Positions 1-6,245 of a stretch of 33,609 bases of DNA are shown here, piece by piece. The DNA comes from a virus: positions 1 to 33,609 of the IMG/VR virus record IMGVR_UViG_3300040801_002597; one strand, given 5' to 3'. Under the pieces are notes generated by a model, which saw nothing but the letters and a program-made list of their open reading frames with translations, had not been told where the DNA came from and searched no databases. A program made the position numbers and the translations under genes. The first letter of the stretch is position 1, and each line of letters begins with the position of its first letter.

Positions 1-117
1 CCAGTTTGTTTTTTTGGTTAATGGTTCAGAGTTTAAAGTAAACCGTGCGCCTTTGTTGTGGATCTTTGAGGACGGTACAGACATAAAATATCGCCCTCAT
101 ATTGATATGAAGTATCA
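1..117. repeat. Terminal overlap, copy A (identical to 33493..33609)
   Basis: Read base by base: ccagtttgttttttt...gatatgaagtatca occurs at both ends of the window. This implies a closed circular or permuted genome of 33,492 bp. Confidence 0.95.
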
Positions 118-193
118 AGACGGCTCTATAGGTGTGTGGCTTGCCTCGATGGGCGACCTGATGGCCGAAGATTGGGTGGTAATAAATGAATGA
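2..193 (+). CDS. 3' part of the DUF2829 (Tad2-family) gene; the 5' part is at 33419..33609 and the gene wraps the junction
   Basis: The frame is continuous with the ORF starting at ATG 33419. The C-terminus is ...GVWLASMGDLMAEDWVVINE with stop TGA at 191-193. 2..117 duplicates 33494..33609. Confidence 0.7.
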   Translation, partial: QFVFLVNGSEFKVNRAPLLWIFEDGTDIKYRPHIDMKYQDGSIGVWLASMGDLMAEDWVVINE

Positions 194-380
194 CTTTACA
201 AAAGACGAACTGGAGTACATATTGCACAATCTTATGATGAATGATGTTAAAGGATGCAATGTATTGCTAGTTAATAAAGTTAAAACCTTAATCGACAACT
301 ATTGCGAGCATAATAAACCATATACAAAATTAGGTATAACAGTGTGCTTGGACTGTAGGGAGGTTTTAGATTATGAATAA
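186..380 (+). CDS. Hypothetical small early protein, possible Zn-binding (64 aa)
   Basis: ORF track entry. The ATG overlaps the upstream stop (ATGAATGA). Cys/His pairs are present (YCEH ... CLDC). No family recognised. Confidence 0.6.
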   Translation: MNDFTKDELEYILHNLMMNDVKGCNVLLVNKVKTLIDNYCEHNKPYTKLGITVCLDCREVLDYE

Positions 381-723
381 ATACGTACTAGCAATACTAG
401 CATTATGCTTGATAGCCAATAGTTCCTATTCTGCCACTAGTTTTGTAACTGGCTATGTGGTTGGCTCTGCAGCTTCAAGGTATGGATCAAATATGGATAG
501 TACTATGATGCCATATTTTGACGGGGTTTTAACGTGCTCAGCAAGTTATAAATCAGCCAGTTATGGTTATTTAATAGATGGTTGCCAAGCAAATTTTTTA
601 AACAAAGGTTCTATATCAGTAACTGATTATTTTAGGCGTTACGTGCCCCGTGGCAAAATAGTATCTATGAATTTTATTTATAGTTCTAATCGAATTGAAA
701 TCTACTTTATAAGGAATCAATAA
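373..723 (+). CDS. Exported protein with Sec-type signal peptide (116 aa)
   Basis: GGGAGG lies upstream. The N-terminus MNKYVLAILALCLIANSSYS/A has a basic n-region, a hydrophobic core and a small-residue cleavage motif. The start overlaps the upstream stop. Confidence 0.7.
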   Translation: MNKYVLAILALCLIANSSYSATSFVTGYVVGSAASRYGSNMDSTMMPYFDGVLTCSASYKSASYGYLIDGCQANFLNKGSISVTDYFRRYVPRGKIVSMNFIYSSNRIEIYFIRNQ

Positions 724-725
724 AA

Positions 726-875
726 ATGAAAATGATATCTATACCAATGACTGAATATTTGGAGATGTGTGATCGCCTTGTCTGGCTTGATTGCTTAGAA
801 GGTGCTGGCGTTGATAATTGGCAAGGAATTGACGTGGCACACGAGCTTTATAAGGAGGCGACAGAAAATGATTGA
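726..875 (+). CDS. Hypothetical small protein (49 aa; below ORF-track cutoff)
   Basis: Hand-translated: MKMISIPMTEYLEMCDRLVWLDCLEGAGVDNWQGIDVAHELYKEATEND. It starts 3 nt after the upstream stop and its stop overlaps the next ATG. It contains a GVDNW motif that I recall from other small phage proteins. Confidence 0.5.
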   Translation: MKMISIPMTEYLEMCDRLVWLDCLEGAGVDNWQGIDVAHELYKEATEND

Positions 876-1056
876 AACAGCATTAACATTAATGGATGTA
901 TCCGTTTTTTTAATTGGCCTAATAGCTTATTGCAAAATATGTGATGTTATTGCAATGATATTTTTTTACGACAATTATGATTTTGCGCTGATAATTTTAA
1001 TGGCTTTAGGGCCATTTTTTATAGGTGGAATTATGTTTTTATGTCTTATTTTTTAA
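868..1056 (+). CDS. Small membrane protein, two predicted TM helices (62 aa)
   Basis: ATG 868 is preceded by TAAGGAGG (851-858). The sequence is MIETALTLMDVSVFLIGLIAYCKICDVIAMIFFYDNYDFALIILMALGPFFIGGIMFLCLIF. The ORF-track start at 802 is rejected in favour of this RBS-backed ATG. Confidence 0.65.
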   Translation: MIETALTLMDVSVFLIGLIAYCKICDVIAMIFFYDNYDFALIILMALGPFFIGGIMFLCLIF

Positions 1057-1057
1057 T

Positions 1058-1083
1058 AAAAAAAAGCCCGCTAAAAACGGGCT
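1058..1083 (-). terminator. Intrinsic terminator oriented for minus-strand transcription (also a hairpin at the end of the plus-strand early operon)
   Basis: Stem AGCCCG (1065-1070) pairs with CGGGCT (1078-1083) across a 7-nt loop. The 8-nt A run at 1058-1065 becomes a U8 tract only on the minus strand. There is no U tract on the plus strand. Confidence 0.6.
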
Positions 1084-1122
1084 GACATGGATTGCAAATA
1101 ATACAGCAACAAGTGTGGAGTT
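1058..1122 (-). ncRNA. Candidate ~65-nt small RNA (promoter to intrinsic terminator, no ORF)
   Basis: A minus-strand TTGATC(1156-1151)-16 nt-TATACT(1134-1129) promoter is followed by GGACAUAACUCCACACUUGUUGCUGUAUUAUUUGCAAUCCAUGUC, then a GC hairpin and U8. No start codon with RBS is present. Confidence 0.35.
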
Positions 1123-1128
1123 ATGTCC

Positions 1129-1156
1129 AGTATAGCAATTTTTTCAGATTGATCAA
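1129..1156 (-). promoter_or_regulatory. Sigma70-like promoter for the small-RNA candidate
   Basis: On the minus strand: -35 TTGATC, 16-nt spacer, -10 TATACT. The -35 is half of the palindrome TTGATCAA (1149-1156). Confidence 0.4.
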
Positions 1157-1177
1157 ACACTTAATATTAGATAATAT
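1149..1177 (+). promoter_or_regulatory. Possible rightward promoter sharing the palindromic -35
   Basis: TTGATC (1149-1154), 17-nt spacer, TAATAT (1172-1177). It points toward the replication operon. Confidence 0.3.
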
Positions 1178-1180
1178 GAA

Positions 1181-1215
1181 AGACCGGGGTAGTGTTAGAG
1201 CCACCACCCCGGTTT
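1181..1215 (+). other. Stable hairpin (10-bp stem including a G-U pair)
   Basis: AGACCGGGGT (1181-1190) pairs with ACCCCGGTTT (1206-1215) across a 15-nt loop. It is followed by the GCGC-GTTA-GCGC mini-hairpin and the TTGGAGAG x2 direct repeat (1243-1258). Confidence 0.5.
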
Positions 1216-1286
1216 GCGCGTTAGCGCTGTGATTTATTGACCTTGGAGAGTTGGAGAGTAGGCCAATTATTGGGCGTATATATGCA

Positions 1287-1316
1287 TTGAATCAAAAAAA
1301 AATCAATGCTTACAAT
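1287..1316 (+). promoter_or_regulatory. Putative promoter of the replication operon
   Basis: TTGAAT (1287-1292), 18-nt spacer, TACAAT (1311-1316). The inverted repeat GCATTGA (1284-1290) / TCAATGC (1303-1309) overlaps it. Confidence 0.4.
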
Positions 1317-1353
1317 TTTAACGAATTTTAACGAATTTTAACGAATTTTAACG
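1314..1353 (+). repeat. Four perfect tandem 10-bp iterons AATTTTAACG
   Basis: Read directly: copies at 1314-1323, 1324-1333, 1334-1343 and 1344-1353. A fifth AATTTTAAC sits at 1373-1381. Confidence 0.95.
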
Positions 1354-1359
1354 TAACGC

Positions 1360-1397
1360 ACCCAATGCCCACAATTTTAACACTGTAGGCATTGGGT
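1360..1397 (+). other. Hairpin presenting the fifth iteron copy in its loop
   Basis: ACCCAATGCC (1360-1369) pairs with GGCATTGGGT (1388-1397). The 18-nt loop contains AATTTTAAC. Confidence 0.6.
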
Positions 1398-1418
1398 TGC
1401 AATAAAGGAGGCAACAAA

Positions 1419-1553
1419 ATGCTTAACAATGATGTTATTAAAATATTTTTACAATCTATTCAATCCCTACCTAAAGAATTGCGCGATAATTACAAACGTT
1501 CATTGATGAATATTATAATTAAATCTAAAAAAGGAATTTTTGATCATGACTAA
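1419..1553 (+). CDS. Hypothetical small protein (44 aa; below ORF-track cutoff)
   Basis: A strong RBS AAAGGAGG (1405-1412) lies 6 nt before the ATG. The sequence is MLNNDVIKIFLQSIQSLPKELRDNYKRSLMNIIIKSKKGIFDHD. The stop overlaps the next gene's start. Confidence 0.55.
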   Translation: MLNNDVIKIFLQSIQSLPKELRDNYKRSLMNIIIKSKKGIFDHD

Positions 1554-2349
1554 ACAATATATAAACCCATGTAACTACGAAATAGCTGCCATCATTCCGA
1601 ACTGGTTAATGCAAATACCAATGAGCCACCTTAGCGCGAATTCAAAAATTTTATATAGTCGCTTATGTGCATGGGCATATAAAAATGGCACTTGTTATCG
1701 TTCGGTGCCAAAACTTGCAAAAGAAATTGGTTGCAGCCCACGAAGTTGCGATAGATATATCAAAGAACTAAAAGACTTCGGTCTTATCGAAACATACCTA
1801 AACCAAGAAGGCGGTCAAAACAATTATAGATTTTTAAAGCACGAGCTAATGGATACCGAGATTATCCCAGAATTGACGCGTGACCAAAAAAAATCACCCC
1901 ACGACAAATCTGACGCCCCCCCCACGTCAGACCTGCCGCCCCCCCACGACAAATCTGACGTGCATAATATAAAAGAATATAAAAATATAAATATCATGAT
2001 CACTGAATCTGGCCAAAAAATGGCCAGTGAGGATGAACTGTTTTTTTTGTGTTGTTTTTTGGAATCTTATAATCTATATTGCCCTACGCACGACATTAAG
2101 AGCCTAACGTCAAAGCATATTAAAGCGATACGAATATTTCTTGATTGGCTTAAATCAAAAGGTATTGAATATAAGCCGGAAGTATTAAAGGAGTTAATGG
2201 AAAGTTATGAAGATAAAGCACATTATTGGTTAAGAGCTGGCGACTATAATAGCGAAAGAAGTAACCCTAAACTTTGCGCACTATTGAAGCCAGCAAATAT
2301 CAAAAAAATGTTGAATGACAATTTTGATAGTTTTTACAAACAGGAGTAA
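1546..2349 (+). CDS. Replication initiator, lambda-O-like architecture (N-terminal winged-helix HTH, repeat linker, C-terminal domain)
   Basis: LSANSKILYSRLCAWAYKNGTCYRSVPKLAKEIGCSPRSCDRYIKELKDFGLIE matches the phage/plasmid replication wHTH pattern. The duplicated PHDKSD linker is encoded by iterons. It sits immediately upstream of the DnaB-like helicase. ATG 1546 is preferred over TTG 1540. Confidence 0.7.
   Translation: MTKQYINPCNYEIAAIIPNWLMQIPMSHLSANSKILYSRLCAWAYKNGTCYRSVPKLAKEIGCSPRSCDRYIKELKDFGLIETYLNQEGGQNNYRFLKHELMDTEIIPELTRDQKKSPHDKSDAPPTSDLPPPHDKSDVHNIKEYKNINIMITESGQKMASEDELFFLCCFLESYNLYCPTHDIKSLTSKHIKAIRIFLDWLKSKGIEYKPEVLKELMESYEDKAHYWLRAGDYNSERSNPKLCALLKPANIKKMLNDNFDSFYKQE
1897..2003 (+). 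promoter_or_regulatory. Putative origin of replication (ori1) inside the initiator gene
   Basis: CCCCACGACAAATCTGACG occurs at 1897-1915 and 1942-1960. An inverted half-site CGTCAGA lies at 1925-1931. An AT-rich tract follows at 1961-2003 (tgcataatataaaagaatataaaaatataaatatcatgatcac). Confidence 0.55.
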
Positions 2350-2355
2350 TTATAT

Positions 2356-3663
2356 ATGAAAAATGTACAACCGCAACCTTTAAACATTTATCAATCTTGT
2401 TTAAGTTTTTTAAGTACTTGTTTAAGTCCATCTTGTTTTAACGATCACAACGTTATTTTAGCCAAACAACAAGTAAAACCTTACATGCTGCCACACAGGG
2501 AAATGCAGATTTATTATAACGAAATTTTGAAAAATAATGTTGTAGGGTATGAAAATATGTGGGACTGGTCAGAAAACAATGATTGCTTGGCATTACACGC
2601 CAGCTTGTCTCAAGTTTATCACAATAAATACGAAATATTAAAAGATGTGGAGGAAATAGTTAAGAATTATTTTACTTATAAATCGGCCTGTGAGCTTCAT
2701 AGCGCGCTTTTAAGATTTAATACATTAAAAGGTGTTGTTGATAGAGAAAAATTGATTGTAGATGCTTTAAATTCAGTTTTAGACTATAAGCAAAACAACT
2801 TTTTGAGAATAACGTCCCAAGAAGAGCGTTATGATAATTATATTTCTAATCTTGAAAATGGTACTGACACCGTTGTTTTAAATGATACAGTTTTCAATTC
2901 TATTGCTGATAATTCTATTAGAAAGCAAGGATTAATAACAGTTGCAGCCAGATCGGGAGGCGGTAAAAGTTATTTTTCAACTTACCTGGCCCTAGAATTT
3001 GCAAAAGTTCTCGATAAAAAAAATATTTTAGTTCTTGATTATGAAATGTATGAAGACGTCCAGACACAAAGAGAATTACAGTTACAAGGCTATACTGACG
3101 ACCTAGAAGGTGCAATAAAAGCACGCAAAGACTTAGAACAAAAACAAGGCCGTATATTGTATATAGAGGGCGCTGCTACAGACAAAAAAATTGATACAGT
3201 TTGTCAAATGGCTAAAATTTACAATTGCCAATACCCTTTAGGCGTCATTGTAGTTGATTACATTGCGTGCTTACATACTGATAACAATTCTCAAAAGTAT
3301 TTATCAATTACTGAGCAAGCCGATAAACTATCAAATCTTGCTCAAGAATTAAATTGTATCATTATTGCGCCGACACAAATTAATCGTGATTATAAAAATC
3401 GCGATAAAAACAATATACAAGAAATGTTACCAAAAACAACAGACGCCTCTTATAGTAGCGGTTTAGAGCAAAAATCTAATTTATGGCTTGGTATTGGAAC
3501 GCCTGAAAACGATCCGACAGCGTTATATGTTGTTTGCCGTAAAAATAGATACGGCGCTAAAGATAACATAGGCATGTATCGTTTTAGAAATGGCCAACTT
3601 AATCCGGCGCCATACCAGCCACAACCAAGCGAATTTAAATCACAATTGGAGAAATTAAAATGA
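2356..3663 (+). CDS. DnaB-family replicative DNA helicase
   Basis: Walker A AARSGGGKS, Walker B VIVVDYIA, APTQINRD, and an arginine-finger-like CRKNRYG. Length is 435 aa and an AGGAG RBS is present. Confidence 0.8.
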   Translation: MKNVQPQPLNIYQSCLSFLSTCLSPSCFNDHNVILAKQQVKPYMLPHREMQIYYNEILKNNVVGYENMWDWSENNDCLALHASLSQVYHNKYEILKDVEEIVKNYFTYKSACELHSALLRFNTLKGVVDREKLIVDALNSVLDYKQNNFLRITSQEERYDNYISNLENGTDTVVLNDTVFNSIADNSIRKQGLITVAARSGGGKSYFSTYLALEFAKVLDKKNILVLDYEMYEDVQTQRELQLQGYTDDLEGAIKARKDLEQKQGRILYIEGAATDKKIDTVCQMAKIYNCQYPLGVIVVDYIACLHTDNNSQKYLSITEQADKLSNLAQELNCIIIAPTQINRDYKNRDKNNIQEMLPKTTDASYSSGLEQKSNLWLGIGTPENDPTALYVVCRKNRYGAKDNIGMYRFRNGQLNPAPYQPQPSEFKSQLEKLK

Positions 3664-3705
3664 AAGAAATTTTAATCAAGACAGAATTTAATTTTAAGGT
3701 GAGTT

Positions 3706-3933
3706 ATGGAAGATATTAAGTTTTTAAATTGGCTTTATAGACAAGCTGTTTCAAAACCCGCAACACCAGAACAAGATTTATGCAGTGATTTAAAAAGATA
3801 TTTTGATTATCATCGGAGATTGCCATTTCATCAAAACACTAGTAAAAATTATAAGGAAAATTTTGAATTTCCAGACTTTGATCACATACAAGAACCGCTT
3901 AATAATTTACGCAAGCAATTCTTAAACAAATAA
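3706..3933 (+). CDS. Hypothetical protein (75 aa)
   Basis: ORF track entry with AAGGTGA RBS. It is the last gene of the replication operon. Confidence 0.6.
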   Translation: MEDIKFLNWLYRQAVSKPATPEQDLCSDLKRYFDYHRRLPFHQNTSKNYKENFEFPDFDHIQEPLNNLRKQFLNK

Positions 3934-3946
3934 AAGTTATAAACAG

Positions 3947-3973
3947 AGTTATCCCCAAGAACTGGGGATAACT
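3947..3973. terminator. Bidirectional hairpin terminator between convergent operons
   Basis: The 11-bp stem AGTTATCCCCA pairs with TGGGGATAACT across a 5-nt loop. TTT follows on the plus strand. Confidence 0.65.
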
Positions 3974-3980
3974 TTTAAGA

Positions 3981-4328
3981 TTAGAGGCTTTCTAAATATT
4001 CTTTGACTTGGTTAAAATCAATTTCAGACGCTTTATAATGCGACACGCCCTTAATAGTCTTTTTAGGGATATTTAAACCCGTTAACCAGCGCCCAAAACC
4101 CCGACGGTCGATTTTTTTATCAGCACAGCCTAAGTTATTTAATATTTGCTGAATGCTTATAAAATCCTCTTCATTTTTAATTTCTTCAAACTCAGATTGC
4201 ATCACTTTTAAAAGCTTAAGACTTAAATTGTACAAGCGCTCATCATAAGCGCTTAAAGGCTCCACTTGTTTTTTATCCATACAGTAACGGACATTTGTTT
4301 GTAAATAATTTGCAAATTCATTAAACAT
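3981..4328 (-). CDS. Hypothetical protein (115 aa), last gene of the left early operon
   Basis: ORF track entry with AGGAAA RBS. No family recognised. Confidence 0.65.
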   Translation of the reverse strand: MFNEFANYLQTNVRYCMDKKQVEPLSAYDERLYNLSLKLLKVMQSEFEEIKNEEDFISIQQILNNLGCADKKIDRRGFGRWLTGLNIPKKTIKGVSHYKASEIDFNQVKEYLESL

Positions 4329-4337
4329 ATAATTTTC

Positions 4338-4520
4338 CTATTCAATTTCTATTTCAGGTTTTGATAACTCAATGTCACCGCTTTTTATCAAATCATGAAC
4401 ATAATCTGATAAAATCTCGCGAGCGTGCTCATAATCACACGCGTCGATATCAATATCCGGCATATTGTCAATTGTATAAGTAATTGTGATAACCGGGTTA
4501 AATCTGTAATTTTTAGTCAT
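4338..4520 (-). CDS. Small highly acidic protein (60 aa)
   Basis: By my count, 14 D/E versus 5 K/R (net about -9). The start overlaps the upstream stop (ATGA). Confidence 0.6.
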   Translation of the reverse strand: MTKNYRFNPVITITYTIDNMPDIDIDACDYEHAREILSDYVHDLIKSGDIELSKPEIEIE

Positions 4521-4642
4521 TGTTCTGCCTTAATAGTTGTTGTGCGCCATTCAAATCTGATTTTATCAAACCATCTTATACATACATGTTTTACGCCATT
4601 TATGTATAATATTTCTTCCGTAGTTTTGTCATAATTAATCAT
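4517..4642 (-). CDS. Hypothetical small protein (41 aa; below ORF-track cutoff)
   Basis: Hand-translated: MINYDKTTEEILYINGVKHVCIRWFDKIRFEWRTTTIKAEQ. It overlaps both neighbours (8 nt upstream, ATGA downstream). Confidence 0.45.
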   Translation of the reverse strand: MINYDKTTEEILYINGVKHVCIRWFDKIRFEWRTTTIKAEQ

Positions 4643-4922
4643 AATTTACCCCGTCGTGAATATAAGCTATTGCATATTTAAACAAGTCTTTGTTAAGTTC
4701 ACTGTTACGCGCTAAACACTTAGAAACTAAGTCGATAGCGTTGCTCAGTGATGCATAGTGGTCATTAGCTTTTAACGCTTCAACCATAGGCGTCATATAT
4801 GCGTCGTGTAAATCGCGCTCATGTAGGGCGTAATGATAAAAGTTTTCAAGTTCTATTATAACTTCCTCGATTGTCAGGCCGCTTACTTGCGCGGCCTCTT
4901 TTATGATTGCTTGATTTAGCAT
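4635..4922 (-). CDS. Hypothetical protein (95 aa)
   Basis: ORF track entry. The start overlaps the stop of the upstream small ORF. Confidence 0.65.
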   Translation of the reverse strand: MLNQAIIKEAAQVSGLTIEEVIIELENFYHYALHERDLHDAYMTPMVEALKANDHYASLSNAIDLVSKCLARNSELNKDLFKYAIAYIHDGVNYD

Positions 4923-5056
4923 TTTTTTAACTCCACCAAATCACGGATAACTTTTGTTAAAACCTCATACTCAGGACATAAAGTTGTAGGCAATTCCAGC
5001 TTACGTTTTTTAATGGCTATAATGGCATGATTTAAGGCTCTATTGTATTCAACCAT
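4916..5056 (-). CDS. Hypothetical small protein (46 aa; below ORF-track cutoff)
   Basis: Hand-translated: MVEYNRALNHAIIAIKKRKLELPTTLCPEYEVLTKVIRDLVELKKC. The ATG lies 1 nt after the upstream stop and the stop overlaps the next ATG. Confidence 0.5.
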   Translation of the reverse strand: MVEYNRALNHAIIAIKKRKLELPTTLCPEYEVLTKVIRDLVELKKC

Positions 5057-5057
5057 G

Positions 5058-5408
5058 TTAAACTCTCCCTTCTAAATATTGAAAAAATGCATTGCTTAGG
5101 CAGGGGATAAAATCATCTAAGATAATATCGCGCTGAGTTGAATTTAAACCAATGTCACCAGAATAACTTTCGAAGTAAGCCAAAATATCATCTGAGTAAA
5201 TGGGCAAAACTAAGGCTTTATTACTATGATTTATCAGCCAGTCCTTGCAAGAACTTTCTGTTATATAGCGCTCATCCCACACGCTATCTAATTGAACGTA
5301 AGATTTTAATATCTCACGTTTGCGCCAAGGCGACATTGGCAAAGATGGGCTACTATAGATTGCGTTGTGTAAAACGTCCCGGGCAACTCTCGCTATTTCA
5401 TTTCTCAT
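5058..5408 (-). CDS. Hypothetical protein (116 aa), first gene of the left early operon
   Basis: ORF track entry with AAGAGGA RBS, about 28 nt downstream of the consensus promoter. Confidence 0.7.
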   Translation of the reverse strand: MRNEIARVARDVLHNAIYSSPSLPMSPWRKREILKSYVQLDSVWDERYITESSCKDWLINHSNKALVLPIYSDDILAYFESYSGDIGLNSTQRDIILDDFIPCLSNAFFQYLEGRV

Positions 5409-5442
5409 TTTTACATATCCTCTTTTTATTTAACTTAAGTTT

Positions 5443-5471
5443 ATTATATGACAACTATTGTTATATGTCAA
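5443..5471 (-). promoter_or_regulatory. Leftward promoter with perfect sigma70 consensus
   Basis: The minus strand reads TTGACA-tataacaatagttgtca(17)-TATAAT. Confidence 0.75.
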
Positions 5472-5474
5472 CAC

Positions 5475-5502
5475 TTGTCATAATCTTTTTTTATGCTATA
5501 CT
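5475..5502 (+). promoter_or_regulatory. Rightward promoter of the late/structural operon
   Basis: TTGTCA (5475-5480), 16-nt spacer, TATACT (5497-5502). It sits back to back with the leftward promoter. Confidence 0.55.
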
Positions 5503-5531
5503 GTATTTAATTAATATTTAGGGATATTTTT

Positions 5532-5636
5532 ATGATAAAATTTGACTATGGTGTGAGTGATCTATTAAGATTAAATCAAGACTTACACAAAGTATTTATT
5601 TTCATTATTGAAACAGGGAAACGTATCAATGGATAA
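5532..5636 (+). CDS. Possible small ORF (34 aa)
   Basis: A weak AGGGA RBS is present and the stop overlaps the next start (ATGGATAA). It is short and unsupported otherwise. Confidence 0.3.
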   Translation: MIKFDYGVSDLLRLNQDLHKVFIFIIETGKRING

Positions 5637-5802
5637 GAAAGAACAAATGTACTATGATGCCGGAATGGCTAGAGGGCATAAGCAGGCCGATAAAATGGCT
5701 TATGAACTTAAATCAATGCATAGCAAGAATATCGCCGAGCAAAACAAGTATCATGAGAAAGAGTGTAAAGGTCGTGGCTATGCTGATAAGCGGGGTAAAT
5801 AA
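5629..5802 (+). CDS. Hypothetical basic protein (57 aa)
   Basis: ATG 5629 has an AGGGA RBS. The sequence begins MDKKEQMYYDAGMARGHKQADKMAYELK... The ORF-track TTG 5608 start is trimmed. Confidence 0.5.
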   Translation: MDKKEQMYYDAGMARGHKQADKMAYELKSMHSKNIAEQNKYHEKECKGRGYADKRGK

Positions 5803-5804
5803 TT

Positions 5805-6245
5805 ATGCCGGGCGGTCATCCAACTACTTATACTGAGGAAGTGGCGCAAAAGATAATAGATGCCATGGAGGGTTCTAGCGATCCGTTATCAACGATGTTG
5901 AAGTCGCGTGATGACTTGCCGTGTCCGTCAACTGTTTACAAGTGGCGGTCTGAAAACGAAGATTTCTCGGATAGATTACAAGCCGCTCAGCTTAAAAATT
6001 GTGCAAATGCCATTATGGATGATGACTCTTATTTGGACAAAAGGCTCAATTATTACATAGACAAAGAGGGCAACAAAAGAATCGATGCGCCTAGCGTTCA
6101 ATTGCTCGCTATGAAACAGGGCGGTAAACGCTGGTTACTTCAAAAATTGATGCCGCAAGTATATGGAGATAAACCAGAAGACACAAACGCTGGTCAAAAC
6201 TTGATTAGCGAATATCACAAAGACAACGATGACGCTAAAAAGTGA
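5805..6245 (+). CDS. terS: Terminase small subunit
   Basis: The N-terminus MPGGHPTTYTEEVAQKIIDAMEGS...STVYKWRSENEDFSDRL matches the common TerS HTH pattern. It lies directly upstream of, and overlaps, terL. Confidence 0.75.
   Translation: MPGGHPTTYTEEVAQKIIDAMEGSSDPLSTMLKSRDDLPCPSTVYKWRSENEDFSDRLQAAQLKNCANAIMDDDSYLDKRLNYYIDKEGNKRIDAPSVQLLAMKQGGKRWLLQKLMPQVYGDKPEDTNAGQNLISEYHKDNDDAKK

Noticed and set aside
1-117. The ends as genuine T7-like direct terminal repeats
   Set aside because: The repeat lies wholly inside a coding sequence, and the packaging and morphogenesis genes are P22-like (headful). An assembly overlap of a circular or permuted genome is more likely. This cannot be excluded without read data.
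26-298. 90-aa minus-strand ORF at the window start
   Set aside because: It is antisense to the DUF2829 gene tail and the next coupled early gene. It has no RBS, and the plus-strand frames form a coherent overlapping gene chain.
1181-1227. Hairpin region as a tRNA
   Set aside because: There is no cloverleaf, no T-loop GTTCRA motif and no acceptor stem, and the length is far below 70 nt. I saw no tRNA anywhere in the window.
1314-1353. Tandem repeats as a CRISPR array or toxin-antitoxin RNA repeat
   Set aside because: The units are only 10 bp long and have no spacers, so this is not a CRISPR array. They are too short for ToxI-like repeats and better explained as protein-binding iterons.
5461-5472. 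TATGTCAA shared by the 5.4-kb and 30-kb divergent regions as a common operator
   Set aside because: In both places it is largely the reverse complement of the leftward -35 TTGACA, so the similarity is explained by promoter consensus. Only the local triple repeat at 5444-5483 is kept as a finding.
4425-5521. Plus-strand ORFs 4425..4634 and 5138..5521
   Set aside because: They are antisense to the tightly coupled left operon and extend into the promoter region. Their hydrophobic or odd composition points to frame artefacts.
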